Shown: positions 1-11,865, counted from the first letter of the stretch. The stretch: DNA of 64,000 nt from an uncultured Spirochaetota bacterium (GCA_963783575.1 CAWAOD010000005.1:192001-256000), one strand, 5' to 3'. The notes: generated by a model not told the origin, from the letters alone. Numbers and translations are program-made.

Positions 1-1
1 G

Positions 2-1381
2 CGATTTGGCTGTATTGATATCGTTTACGCCATTAATAAGATTCTTGAGCTCGCTTTCGCGGTTTGTCCAGATGATATCACTTTCACCGCACTGCAAATC
101 ATTTCTGGCAAGCAAAGTCGGGGAATAATTGTATCCCAGAATGTATCGGGATGTCACCATACCAGTGTCATATTCTGTTGATTGTCCTTTGGGGAGAGTT
201 GTTACTGAATAAGGACCACCCCAGGACTTTAACAAAATGAAATTCTTGTATGACATGTCCACAAGACCGATCTCGCCGGTGTTTGCATTTACCAACATGT
301 ATGCGTTCATATAGGTTCCGGTGTTATCCAGCGAAATGTACTGGAAGAATTCGTCCAGTGATTCGGAAAATTCTTCAGCCAGGGCTGAACGCCAGAAGAT
401 GAATATGCCGTCAGTCTTAGTCTGGGTGTAGTTATATCTACTGGTTGTTTCATTGAACATCAGTCCCTTGTTGTTGAATCCGAAATCCGTTTGGGATCCG
501 ATCTGACCGGGACCGTAAGTGTTTACGCTCACCATGTCACCGTTGACATTGATAGTCATTGACATGGTCATAGAGAGATACCAGGCCCAGGTATTGTGTG
601 CCATAACTATGTCTCCATCGATCCGTTTAACGAAAGCTGAACACCTTAAAGGGTTCATGTTTCTCCTTTTCGTCCACGGGGACGCCTTCTTAGTGGCTTT
701 CGTAGTACTTAAAGAAGCGGATACGGACGGTAAATTATAGAAAACATCCCAGAAATCCATTACCGCATTTATGAAATAGACATCCATGAACGTGAGGCTT
801 GTACCATAACCGGTCTGCAATTCAGCAGCTTTGAAGTATTTGGAATCCGGCAGGAACCTGCCTGAAAAATCCAGATTCTCGGGATGTACACGTGTGGCTC
901 CGTGATAGATGCCCAGCATTCGGAATAAGAGCCGTTTGAGACCATACACCGCTTTGGGATTCGAACTTGTTTTCAGGTATTCTATGAAGTAATTGAAGTT
1001 CTGGTTCATAATGGAATTTGCTGCAGCAAGTTCATCACTGGAAGGACCTGGAGACCACTGGTTGTCTCGAGCTGAGGCAATCGTGCTTCCTTGCAAGTGT
1101 CCCTGGATGAAACCTGCCTGATACTCTGCTTTGAACACATTGTCATCCCTGGAGACCACAGTCAGGTTGGCGATGTTGTTAACCATCTCCAGGACACCCG
1201 ATGCCCCGGGATTCAAGACATAGTTGACAAGACCGGACTTGTTTGGTACATTGATTACATTTTCAAGTTGTAAAGTCGTGTCTGACTTTCCTTCTTTATT
1301 ATCGCTGCCTACCGTCAGCGAACAACTGAAAATTAAGCTTAAAATTACTAAGCTTAAAACCGTCAAAAAAACTTTTCTCAT
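2..1381 (-). CDS. Phospholipase B-like Ntn-hydrolase lipoprotein (partial, runs off the window start; absent from the ORF track)
   Basis: Minus-strand segments translated by hand from ATG 1381 (RBS GGAGG): MRKVFLTVLSLVILSLIFSC lipobox; YQAGFIQGHLQ; RCSAFVKRIDGDIVMAHNTW with candidate nucleophile Cys at 641-643; GFNNKGLMFNETT. These match phospholipase B family motifs. Confidence 0.75.
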   Translation of the reverse strand, partial: MRKVFLTVLSLVILSLIFSCSLTVGSDNKEGKSDTTLQLENVINVPNKSGLVNYVLNPGASGVLEMVNNIANLTVVSRDDNVFKAEYQAGFIQGHLQGSTIASARDNQWSPGPSSDELAAANSIMNQNFNYFIEYLKTSSNPKAVYGLKRLLFRMLGIYHGATRVHPENLDFSGRFLPDSKYFKAAELQTGYGTSLTFMDVYFINAVMDFWDVFYNLPSVSASLSTTKATKKASPWTKRRNMNPLRCSAFVKRIDGDIVMAHNTWAWYLSMTMSMTINVNGDMVSVNTYGPGQIGSQTDFGFNNKGLMFNETTSRYNYTQTKTDGIFIFWRSALAEEFSESLDEFFQYISLDNTGTYMNAYMLVNANTGEIGLVDMSYKNFILLKSWGGPYSVTTLPKGQSTEYDTGMVTSRYILGYNYSPTLLARNDLQCGESDIIWTNRESELKNLINGVNDINTAKS

Positions 1382-1797
1382 TTTATCCTCCATAAATTTA
1401 TTGTAAAAAGGCTGTGTGGACCTTTCGTTACCTCTGTATCAACCGATAAATTTTTGGTTTATCGATATACAATTTGTTTTTATGGTTTCTTGGTTTACTA
1501 ATAGGAAAAATTATAATCAGAAGCTGGTAAAAACTCAAAAAAAGATGAGATAGGAAGATTCGACGAAACAACTTGCGTAAATGAAAATTTGTGGCTACAA
1601 TATTTCAGTTCGGAGAAACATTCTTTAAGCGTTCGGTCCAGACTGGTCCTTTTCAGAAACACCGGTGCAGGATAAATTCAGCTGGTATTGCTAAAGTTCT
1701 GCACCACTAAACATACTTTGATATTTTTCAAATAATTTCCTGATGTTATTCCGAGCATTCCTGAAGTAGACAATCAAAGAAGCAGTATCAACTCCCA

Positions 1798-1826
1798 TTG
1801 ACTTTGGAGGATATTAAATATAAAAT
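1798..1826 (+). promoter_or_regulatory. Putative sigma70 promoter of regulator copy A, possibly leaderless
   Basis: TTGACT-17 nt-TAAAAT ending 5 nt before ATG 1832. Confidence 0.5.
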
Positions 1827-1831
1827 TTCTT

Positions 1832-4800
1832 ATGGAAAATAAAATGATAAATAATCGTTATGAGATTGTCAGGCAGATCGATGAAGGGGGGATATCGAAG
1901 GTATACCTGGCGAGGGATATTGAGACGAAGGGCGAGGTAGTGGTCAGGACGCTGAAGAAGGAAATAATATCGAGCAGGATAGAAGATATCATTCGTTTCC
2001 GGAATGAAGCTGCGATATTATCCCGGCTGGACCATCCGAATATTGTCAAGTTATATGAAACCGCTGAATTTGAAGGACAGAATTATATAGTAATGGAGTA
2101 TATTCCCGGGGAAAGTTTGTATAAAATCATTAAAAGCGGGAAAAAGTTTCTGGAGAGAGAAATAATAGAAATGACGATCCAGATATGCAGTTCTCTGGAT
2201 TATATACACCCGATGAGCATAATTCATAGGGATTTGAAGCCTGGCAATATTATGGTGCATACCGATATGAAAGGTGAGCTTCATATTAAAACTATTGATT
2301 TTGGCCTGGCATTTTTAAAGGAATACTCCTCAATAAAAGGCATAGAAGATATAGCCGGGACCTTCTGTTACATGCCGCCGGAACAGTTCGGGGTCATCAG
2401 TGGAGGCGTGGACGAGAGGAGCGACCTATACTCGCTGGGGATTATCTTATACCAGCTGTTAACGGGGGTCCTGCCTTTTGAGGGAGAAACCCCGGGCTCT
2501 ATTATCCACCGGCAGATCGCGATGATTCCGGAGACCCCTTCTTATTATAATAAATCCATATCGGAAACTCTTGATAAAATTGTATTGAAGCTCCTGGAGA
2601 AGGAGCCGGACAGGCGTTACCAATCGGCGAAAGGCCTGCTCTTCGACCTGGAAAAGTACAAAAAAGGGGAGCGGAATTTCCATCCGGGCATACATGACAA
2701 GCATATAAAATTGACATTTAAAACGGGGCTGATATCGCGGGAGGAAGAATTCAGCGCCATAAAGGAATTATACGATAAAGCCCGGAAAGGTGAGGGGAGT
2801 GTCTGTTTTATCAGCGGGGAAGCGGGGAAAGGTAAGACCAGGCTGGCTGAAGAGTTGAGGAGCCATGTCTATACTGAAGGCGGCGTTTTTATAGATGGGA
2901 AATGCTTTGCCGGGAAGAGCAAGACGCCATACGGTCCATTTAAGGACGCCCTCAACATTTATTTAAAGATATACCAGGGTTATCAGGAAGAAAAAAAGCA
3001 GGATATTAAGAATAAGTTAAACGAGATGACGGGTGATCTCTGCGGCCTGATCCTGCAGCTTAACCCGTCATTTTCAGTGATTTTTAATAAAAGACCGGAA
3101 TTGGTAAGGCTTGAGATTGACAGGGAAAAGAAGAGATTTTTAATGGTTGTGGGGCAATTTTTCCTGAATCTCAGCAGTGTTGACAATAAGATGGTCATAT
3201 TCCTTGATGATTTACAGTGGGCGGATGAAGGCAGCATGGACCTGTTAACCGAAATATCGGGGGAATTGAGTAAATATCCGCTATTCATCATCGGGACATA
3301 CCGCAATGATGAAATAAGTTCGGACCATAAGCTTATCTCATATAAAGAAAAAGCCGCAATAAATCAATATCCGTATCATGAAATATACCTTGAAGAGTTT
3401 AGTAGGGTGGTTGTCAAGAAATTAGTTATCTCATTACTTTACGCGAAGGTGGAGAATATAGAAGAGATATCTGATGTGATCCATAAGAAGAGTAAGGGGA
3501 ACCCGTTCTTTGCGATAGAGATCCTCAAACAGTTCGTGAGTGAGAATATCTTATACTATAAAGAGAATTCCTGGGTAATTGACGCTGGCAAACTGAGGGG
3601 AGTGGAGATAGCGTCGACGATAGTTGATATAGTGATGAAGAGAATATCACTGTTAAGTGATGAGGAAACGAAGGTCCTTTCCTATGCTGCGGTGATAGGA
3701 AGAAGGTTTGACGCCGGGATATTGTTCCGCCTGCTGGACTATGAAGCGCCGGAGATCATCCGGATAGTGGACCGGGCGATCAAGCTGCAGCTCCTGGAGG
3801 AAGACATACAGGAAAAAGGGAAGATATTATTTGCGCATGACCGGATCAAAGAGGCTTTTTATAAAAAGTGCGGGGAGGGAGAGAGAAAACTGCTGCACAG
3901 GCGGATAGGCAAAACGATGGAGGAGATGAACCGGGGTGATAAAGAGAAAGTGATCTTTGATCTGGCATATCATTATATAGAGGGTGAAGAAGAAGAGAAG
4001 ATTCTGGAATACGCTTACCCCGCCGGGATCAAAGCGAAAGAAAATTACGCTTATGAAGAAGCGATAAGGTGTTTATCTTTCATAAACAGAATAACGGAAG
4101 GAAAAGGAGAGGAAGGTAAGGAACTATGGATAAATACGAACAGGAATATTATTGAAATCTACCTGGTAATCGGAAAAAATGATGAGGCGATAGAAATCAG
4201 CGGTAAAATATTACCATTTATCGCGGATAAGTTAAACAAAGCGGAAATATGTAAGCAAATAAGCACAGCTTATTTTAAAAAAGGAGACTGGAGGAACTGT
4301 GAAGAATACGGAAGAAAAGGTTTATCATTGCTGGGAGAAAAGCTGCCAGTTGAAAATGTCGCAATAATATTTAGAATCATAAATGACTCTTAAAGCATAT
4401 TTTACATCAGTTGTTTCCAAAAATATTTATAAAAAATATTGGGAATCGCGATATTGAGAAATATAAATTAATAGTATGGTTTTATATAACATTAAACTGG
4501 ATGTATTCATTAAGCGATATTGTCAAAATGGTAGGGAATCAATTGAGGATGTTAAATATTTCAGAAAGCAAGATCGGAAAATCACGAGAATTGGGATTGA
4601 GTATGGGAGCATATGCCGGAATATGCATGGCAATCCCGCTATTTCGCCATTCAATCGAGTTTCATGAAAAAGCCCTTCAGTTAAGAAAAGAAATGAACGA
4701 TCAATGGGGTATTGCGCAGTCATTGCAATTGCTTGGATTTTGTTATCAATGGAAAGGAGATTATGAGAAGAGTAATAATTATTTTTTAGAAAGTTATGAC

Positions 4801-7244
4801 AAATTCAAAAAAATGGGCGATTTATGGGAAGTTAAAATGGTTTTACAGGGGATGGATTTGAATTATTTATGGTTAGGCGATTATAAAAAAAGCCTGGAAT
4901 TAATTGATCAATACCTGAAAATAAGTGAACAGTTGAATGATAATTATGGAATATGCAGCGCTATGAGCGACTACGCCTTAGTCAATTATCAAAGAGGGAA
5001 TTACGATCAGGCGTTGAAATACGCCGAAAAATCATTAATCATATCGGAAGAACATAAGATAGTATTAATCGATTGTCTTGTTAATATTTATATGGGAAAT
5101 GTATTAAATGAGTTTGGTGATTATAAAAAAAGCATTGAACACCTTGAAAGAGCATATGAATTATATGAGAATAATAACCTGCTGGAATATTACTCGGTCT
5201 TTATTTATTCTTATCTTGCGGAAGCATATTTAATTGAATTTACCAATTTGTATTCTCATAAAATCAAAGGCAAGAAAAAAGAGTTAAATAAGATAAAAAA
5301 ATTATGTAAAAAGGCCCTATTAAAAACCAGGCCATGGAAAGCCCATTATAGTGAAACGTTGCGGATTAGCGCCAGATATTACAGCTTTATCGGTAAAACA
5401 AAAAAAGCCGAGCGTTTGCTTTTGCAGAGTATAAATATAAACACCAAATTAGGGAAACCACATGATCTTGCACTGGGGCTTTATGAGTATGGTAAGCTTT
5501 TAAAAGAAACAGGACGTGCGGAGGAAGCGAAAAAGCGTATTGAGTCTTCTTATATAATATTGAAAGAGATTGACTCTAAAGTCTACTTGAAGAGAGTATC
5601 GGATATGCTCGGAATAAACGAAAAAGAGGAGAAGGACGATATGGATTCTATTCAAAAGCTTAAGTACAGGGAAAGATTATCATCCATAATAAAAGTCAGC
5701 CAGACAATCAGTTCGATACTCAACCTGGACCTTCTGCTGAAAAATATTGTCACACTGGCCATGGAAATTACCGGAGCCCAGAGGGGTTATCTTTTCATAA
5801 AAGACGAGGTTTCAGGGGAACTTGTCCTGAAAGTTAAGAAATTCATAAACGAGGGGAAAATCGATTCCAGGCCGTCTGTTATATATTCCGGAAATATCGT
5901 TAAAGCAGTTTTTAAAACCGGGGAGGCTGTTCTCTTAAACGACGCGGAACAGGATGCCGATTATTCAAAATATAACAGTGTAGTCCTGCACAGGCTGAAA
6001 TCCATTCTCTGTGTTCCCATTAAACATCAAAACACGATCCTGGGTGTATGCTATTTTGATAACCCGCTCTCCTCATCCGTTTTTTCCGCTGAAGATCAAG
6101 AAATCCTGGAAGCCATAATGACGCAGGCCGCCATATCCATAGAAAACGCCAGACTCTATGAAATAACGAAAATAATGAAAGAGAAAGCCGAGAATGAAGT
6201 GGAAAAACTGACCATTCATATTTTACAGAAGCAGGAAAAACAGCTTGACGAAAAAAGCTCCCTGGTCTATCAGAGCCCCCAGATGCAGGAGGTTGTCGGT
6301 AAGGTCAGCCAGGCCGTAAAAATATCCAGACCGATTTTGATCACGGGTGAGACAGGCACGGGAAAGGAACTTATAGCAAAACTCATTCATTATTCGGGAA
6401 AATATCAAAATGAGCCATTCATTGCTTTAAACTGTGCGACTATTCCCCCAGCTATCTGGGAAGCGGAGCTGTTCGGTCATGTCAAAGGGTCATTTACCGA
6501 CGCGAAAGCGAACCGTGAAGGCCGGGTTACGGCGGTGAGAAAGGGACTCTCTTTTTTGACGAAATCGGTGAAATGCCTCTAGACATTCAATCCAAAATTC
6601 TTCGTCTTCTGCAGGAAAATCAATACAGTCCCATCGGGAGCAATAAAGTATTGACTTCTAACTGCCGGTTTGTTTTTGCCACGAACAGGAAAGTGGAGGA
6701 AATGATCAATGAGGGGAAATTCAGGAAAGACCTTTATTACAGGATCAATGTCTTTAATATTCATATACCGCCGTTAAGGGAAAGAAAAGAAGACATTCCC
6801 GTTTTGCTGGATTATTTTGTTAAGCAGTATTCCAGTGAGTTCGGTCTTCCTGGAAATCTTGAAGTTGAAAAGAAAGCGATGAATAAGATTATTAATTACA
6901 GTTGGCCTGGAAACATCAGGGAAATGGAAAACTTTGTCATCCGCGCACTGGCTCTTTTATCCGACTCGGAAAACGATAAAAACGTATTGAAGTTAAATCA
7001 CTTCCCGTCCAGTATTGAAGCTGTTTTTCAGAATGATGAAATAAAAAAGGAAGTAAAAGCGGCCGGAGAGGATCAGGAGGTCATAATTAACGGAAATTAT
7101 GACGAGCTTGTCAACCAGTATTCAAAATTTCTGATCCAGCAGGCGCTCAAGCGGTCATTCGGAAACATCAGGATTGCCGCCGAAATACTGGGCGTTAAGC
7201 GGACTACTCTGAATGATAAGATAAAAATCCTTAATATAAAATGA
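1832..7244 (+). pseudogene. Kinase-like/AAA(STAND)/TPR/GAF/sigma54 activator, copy A, split by two frameshifts (~4387, ~6535); pseudogene or sequencing error
   Basis: ORFs 1832-4393, 4411-6582 and 6573-7244 are colinear with intact 17691-23099. Motifs HRDLKPGN, DFG, GEAGKGKT, LDDLQWAD, GETGTGKE, GSFTDA, WPGNIRE and a Fis-type HTH. AATGACTCTT here versus AATGAGCTCTT in copy B. Confidence 0.85.
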
Positions 7245-7339
7245 ATAAATCCGTATTTGAGCGCTTGTGCACATTCGATCCTGCTTCATAATTATTCATA
7301 ATAATCAGCCTGCCCGGTTTTATAAATAATACGGCAGGA

Positions 7340-7374
7340 GACGTTTAAACGTCCAAATCAGACGGTTTTCCGTC
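7340..7374 (+). promoter_or_regulatory. Putative upstream activator sequence, type A
   Basis: GACGTTTAAACGTC and GACGGTTTTCCGTC, starts 21 bp apart, ~135 bp upstream of a -24/-12 promoter. Confidence 0.7.
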
Positions 7375-7509
7375 ATCTTTATCCCCAAAAAAGCGAATGA
7401 TTCTAAACAAAAAAACATTTATCTTGGGAATTTATTAATTTCTCAATTTCATATAATGCAAAGAATTATCCTCATCTGGCATATTCAAATCACAATTCCG
7501 AATCTTATC

Positions 7510-7526
7510 CTGGCATACGATTTGCT
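7510..7526 (+). promoter_or_regulatory. sigma54 (-24/-12) promoter P1
   Basis: CTGGCATACGATTTGCT fits the YTGGCACGRNNNTTGCW spacing. Confidence 0.85.
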
Positions 7527-7633
7527 TATAATCACTATAAATATGAGTTGAAAAAAATGGATCGCTGTAAAAATAGAAAATAGCTTTTTTATAGTTAATT
7601 TGATTGAAGCATACTTCTATTGAAAAGAAATAA

Positions 7634-7838
7634 TTCACAGGAAGATTAGAAGCGATGCCCTAAGTATGTCGAAGGGTCGGGTATTGGAAGTAGGCAAAAA
7701 TTATATTTTAATTTCAATCCAAATCCAAAACATATTGATAAGTAGCCACTAATTACACTAAAACGAATAAATAATAATTAGTGTAAATTCGTTCAATTAG
7801 CGGCTAAGATTCTTTATCACTTCCCGTCTTCCTGTGAA
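7634..7838. repeat. Nested palindromic leader element; related copies ~9488-9730 and ~26172-28006 (IS-interrupted)
   Basis: Outer imperfect inverted repeat TTCACAGGAAGA...TCTTCCTGTGAA encloses CCCTAAGTATGTCGAAGGG and an AGCCACTAATT...AATTAGCGGCT hairpin (7744-7805). Confidence 0.7.
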
Positions 7839-7928
7839 AAAAATTTATACCGACTGAAATAGTATTAAGTTATAAACTTATAATAACAAAACTTTTGACA
7901 TTACAATAATCTATAAAAGGAGGATTTT

Positions 7929-8972
7929 ATGAAGAAAGTGTTGGCAATAATCATTGAAATAATGATTATTACGTGTGTTTTCGTTTTATCAGGCTGCAAT
8001 TTATCGCCTGGACCGGGCAATGATAAAAAATCCGGATCCAGTGCCAATGAGCCTATTTCCACAAGCAGCGGGCCAAAAAGGGCAGTTACGGCCAGTCAGG
8101 TACAACAGCTGGCGTATCCTTATGCTGGCTACCCTTTCATAAGCGGGGCGCAGGGCGAAATCTGCAAAGATCCGAACAATCCGCTTAAGCCAACATATGA
8201 TATCGGCTACATGCAAGACGGAGCTGTTTGCAATTATCCGAATGTAAGCTTTCCTTACGGAATGGTAAATTTTACTGCCAGTGTAGCAAGCGGGGGAAGC
8301 GGCGGAACCATCGAAGTATGGGGAGGATATCCCTCTACAAAGTTGTTCCAAATCAGTGTTAATAATACCGGTGGATGGCAGAATTGGACTACTGTAAGTT
8401 GCCATATTCCCAATTACGCAGGCCTGAATCTGGGTAACACAGGTTTTACTCTTATATTTCACGGTGTATCAGGCAACATGTTCAACATTGACTCGGTTAC
8501 ATTTCAAGGACTAGCTACTCCTACTTCCGGTGGAGCAATTTTCAACAAAATGTCCATCCAACAGTTTAAAAACAAAATGATGGCTATGCCAGATTATCAA
8601 AAGGGTACGCAAGCCCAAATAACGGCTCTGGCTAGTGGCGCATACGGAATATGGGCTTATCCATTTGGAGGACATTATCAGCTAGTTAGCCCTTATACTT
8701 ATAACAACCAAGGGGTCACAACTTTAGTATTAGGAGTAGATGCCGGTTCAACGGACGATGGCGCCAGGATTATTCAATGGACTATTGATAATCCTGAGAC
8801 CGCTAATCAGTTATGGGATTTTGTGCCTGTCGGCGACGGAAGCTACAAAATTCAAAACGTTGGCAGCGGTAAGTTCATAGGCGTTGATGCCTGTATAATT
8901 GCCGATGGCAGACCGTTAATTCAATGGCATGATGATGGATTCTCTGATAAGCAGTGGATATTCATGGATTGA
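7929..8972 (+). CDS. Non-catalytic lipoprotein with CBM6 and ricin-type beta-trefoil
   Basis: LSGC lipobox; TGGWQNWTTV CBM6 motif; QxW repeats (IIQW, QLW, LIQW); no GH43 domain. Confidence 0.85.
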   Translation: MKKVLAIIIEIMIITCVFVLSGCNLSPGPGNDKKSGSSANEPISTSSGPKRAVTASQVQQLAYPYAGYPFISGAQGEICKDPNNPLKPTYDIGYMQDGAVCNYPNVSFPYGMVNFTASVASGGSGGTIEVWGGYPSTKLFQISVNNTGGWQNWTTVSCHIPNYAGLNLGNTGFTLIFHGVSGNMFNIDSVTFQGLATPTSGGAIFNKMSIQQFKNKMMAMPDYQKGTQAQITALASGAYGIWAYPFGGHYQLVSPYTYNNQGVTTLVLGVDAGSTDDGARIIQWTIDNPETANQLWDFVPVGDGSYKIQNVGSGKFIGVDACIIADGRPLIQWHDDGFSDKQWIFMD

Positions 8973-9010
8973 TCTTAATCTTGACTGTTAAAAAGATCCA
9001 TAAATAAACA

Positions 9011-9052
9011 GGGGGCAAGGAAGCGTTTTAGGCAATCCTTGCCCCTCTCTTT
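9011..9052 (+). terminator. Intrinsic terminator, copied with each cassette
   Basis: GGGGCAAGGA...TCCTTGCCCC hairpin with pyrimidine tail. Confidence 0.65.
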
Positions 9053-9198
9053 GATCTCATTTGTTACCTATCAACTTTTTCAGGAATTAAAATATATGGA
9101 ACAGCGATTTTGAAAAATATTACCAAACCTTATGCACACTGTTTCATAATCATCCATGATAATAATCACCCTGCCCGGTTTTATAAATATTATGGCAA

Positions 9199-9233
9199 GA
9201 CGTTTAAACGTCCAAATCAGACGGTTTTCCGTC
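9199..9233 (+). promoter_or_regulatory. Putative upstream activator sequence, type A
   Basis: Identical to 7340-7374. Confidence 0.7.
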
Positions 9234-9365
9234 TTATTTATCTTCAAAAAAGCAAACGATACTATACAAAAAAATTTTGCCATGGAATTTTTTAATTTCT
9301 CATTTTCAGATAATGCAAGGAATTATCCTCATTCGGCATATTCAAATCACAATTCCTGACCCATC

Positions 9366-9382
9366 CTGGCATACGGTTTGCG
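9366..9382 (+). promoter_or_regulatory. sigma54 promoter P2
   Basis: CTGGCATACGGTTTGCG. Confidence 0.8.
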
Positions 9383-9821
9383 TATAAACTTTTTAATAAG
9401 AGTGAGAAAAATGGATCACTGTAAAAATAGAAAATAGCTTTTTTATATTTAATCCGATTGAAGCATACTTCAATTGAAAAGAAATAATTCACAGAAAGAC
9501 TGGAAGCGATGTACTGAGTATGATGTACTGAGTATATTGAAAGGTCAGGAAGCTTATCTTGAGCTGAGTCTGTTGAAGTATCGAAGGGTCAGGTATTGGG
9601 GTTGGGTGATCACAATCAAAGACGGACGGATATATAGCCACTAATTGCACTAAAACGAATAAATAATAATTAGTGTAAATTCCTACAATTAGAGGCTAAG
9701 ATTCTTCATCACTTCCCGTCTTCCTGTGAAAACAAATTTATGCCGACTGAAATAGTATTAAGTTATCAGCTTATATTAGCAATACTTTTGACATTACCTT
9801 AATCCAAAAGAGGAGGATTTT

Positions 9822-11783
9822 ATGAAGCCAGTGTTGGCAATAATCATTGAAATGATGATTATTTCGTGTATTTTCGTTTTATCAGGCTGCAGTTTGACAC
9901 CTCAAGAGAAAAATGCATCCAAATCCGCATCAGCAGGGCCCGTAAATAACGCACCGTTATTACACACAGGCCCGAACTTTAGTGTCGGTACCCCATCCAC
10001 TTACGGAACACCTTTATTTACGTACCGTAATTCTTCAGACCCCCATTCATACGTCTTCAATGGAGTGCTTTACCTTTACACTTCGTGCGATTTAAACGGG
10101 CAGGGTGCGCCGACATATCCGATGAATACCACATATTGTTATTCGACTTCCGATTTGATTAACTGGACTGATAATGGTGCAATGGTAACAGAAAGTCAAC
10201 TTCCATGGGCTTCGCAGGTCAATGGGATGTGGGCGCCTTGCGCTGCTTACAAAAACGGAACATATTATCTTTATGTACCTGAGAAAATAAATCAGGATGG
10301 ATCCCAAATGAGAATCGGTGTATGCACTGGCAGTACTCCAACGGGCACATTTGCACCTCCGCAGAATTATATGACAATACCAACCGTAGCGAACGCCCCC
10401 CAGGGGGATTTTAATTCCGACCCCTATGTGTTTATTGATACCGGCGGCACTCCATATATGCTATATTGCGACGGGAATAACCCGCAAGGGAGGGTATGCA
10501 TAGTACAGATGGACAACATGACAACAATAACTAAAACGCCTGTTACAATAGATTCAAGAATAACTGGCGGTAACCCGCCTCAGAATCAATTTGAGGAAGG
10601 CGCAAGATTAATTTTAACTAACGGCACATACTACCTGTACTATCCGGCTTCCGTTAACTCCGTCAACGAATACCTGGTTTATGCTACATCCACTACCGGC
10701 CCGATGGGGCCATATACTTACAAGGGCCAATTTATGAAGGCAAACCAAGGTGAATGGACTATTCAGGGCGATATTGTTAATTATGATAATAAATGGGTAC
10801 TCTTTTATCACGATACCCCGATGACACCTCAATACGCAAGAATGGTGTGCGCGGAATATTTTAACTTTAATAGCGATTATTCTATTCCTCAGATCAACAG
10901 GACTGTGCAGGGGCTTACGGTAGACCCGACCAATCAGATACAGGCTGCTACTTACTTCAGTCAAGCCGGAGGTCTGCAGACCGAAGCAACCAGTGATCCG
11001 GGCAGCACTCTGGATGTAGGATTTATTCAAAACGGAAGTTATTGTTATTATAGCGGAATTAACTTTATGGCTAATAATGGAACGGGACTCACAGGGTTCA
11101 CTGCACGCGTAGCGAGCGCGACAAGCGGCGGATACATTAAGATATATCAGTACGACCCTTCTAGTGGTATTTTGCTGGGAACCGTATCGGTTCCAGGAAC
11201 CGGGGGCTGGCAGAACTGGGTTACAGTATCATGCTCCTTCGTTAATCCTTCTCCGGGACCGAGAATGAATCAAATTTGTCTTGTGTTTACCGGTCAATCG
11301 GGTTACCTGTTCAACATAGACCGGTTTCAATTTTCGTACAACGGAGGCGTAACTCCCGGTGTTTATACAATTAAGAACAGGAATAGCGGCACCGTGATGG
11401 ATATGCCCCAACCGTATACCAAGGGTACGCAAGCTGATATCCACTCTTATCTTGGTTATAACAATCGGCAGTGGATCATTCAAAATTCAGGGCCCTATAT
11501 TACCATACAGAATAATTACACCAAATTTGTATTAGGAGTAGATGCTGATTCAACGGGGCAGGGCGCTCGCATTATTCAATGGGATGCTAACAGTAAACCT
11601 TCTCAGCAATGGACTCTGGTGCCTGTAACTGGCCAAGGCGTCTCCGGATATTTCTACATTCAAAATGTTAACAGCGGTATGAATATAGGCTGTGATGGCG
11701 GGAAAATTGCCGATGGTACACCGTTAATCCAATGGCCGTATGATGGATCCTTGAATCAGCAGTGGTCATTCCAGGCTCCGTAA
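9822..11783 (+). CDS. GH43 glycoside hydrolase-CBM6-ricin beta-trefoil lipoprotein
   Basis: LSGC lipobox; SSDP, MWAP, NSDP and FEEG GH43 motifs; TGGWQNW CBM6; QxW repeats. Confidence 0.9.
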   Translation: MKPVLAIIIEMMIISCIFVLSGCSLTPQEKNASKSASAGPVNNAPLLHTGPNFSVGTPSTYGTPLFTYRNSSDPHSYVFNGVLYLYTSCDLNGQGAPTYPMNTTYCYSTSDLINWTDNGAMVTESQLPWASQVNGMWAPCAAYKNGTYYLYVPEKINQDGSQMRIGVCTGSTPTGTFAPPQNYMTIPTVANAPQGDFNSDPYVFIDTGGTPYMLYCDGNNPQGRVCIVQMDNMTTITKTPVTIDSRITGGNPPQNQFEEGARLILTNGTYYLYYPASVNSVNEYLVYATSTTGPMGPYTYKGQFMKANQGEWTIQGDIVNYDNKWVLFYHDTPMTPQYARMVCAEYFNFNSDYSIPQINRTVQGLTVDPTNQIQAATYFSQAGGLQTEATSDPGSTLDVGFIQNGSYCYYSGINFMANNGTGLTGFTARVASATSGGYIKIYQYDPSSGILLGTVSVPGTGGWQNWVTVSCSFVNPSPGPRMNQICLVFTGQSGYLFNIDRFQFSYNGGVTPGVYTIKNRNSGTVMDMPQPYTKGTQADIHSYLGYNNRQWIIQNSGPYITIQNNYTKFVLGVDADSTGQGARIIQWDANSKPSQQWTLVPVTGQGVSGYFYIQNVNSGMNIGCDGGKIADGTPLIQWPYDGSLNQQWSFQAP

Positions 11784-11824
11784 TTTTATACGGACTATTA
11801 TTAAAAAAGATTAATAAATAAAAC

Positions 11825-11865
11825 GGGGCAAGGAAGGGTTTTACATCTTCCTTGCCCCTTCCTTT
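11825..11865 (+). terminator. Intrinsic terminator
   Basis: GGGGCAAGGAAG...CTTCCTTGCCCC. Confidence 0.65.

Noticed and set aside
519..1406. Three short plus-strand ORFs
   Set aside because: Shadows of the minus-strand phospholipase B-like gene
1610..1710. GGTGCAG...CTGCACC stem as a riboswitch or tRNA
   Set aside because: No cloverleaf or recognisable riboswitch core
7895..7900. TTGACA before cassette start codons as a sigma70 -35 box
   Set aside because: No -10 box at 16-18 nt; the RBS occupies that position
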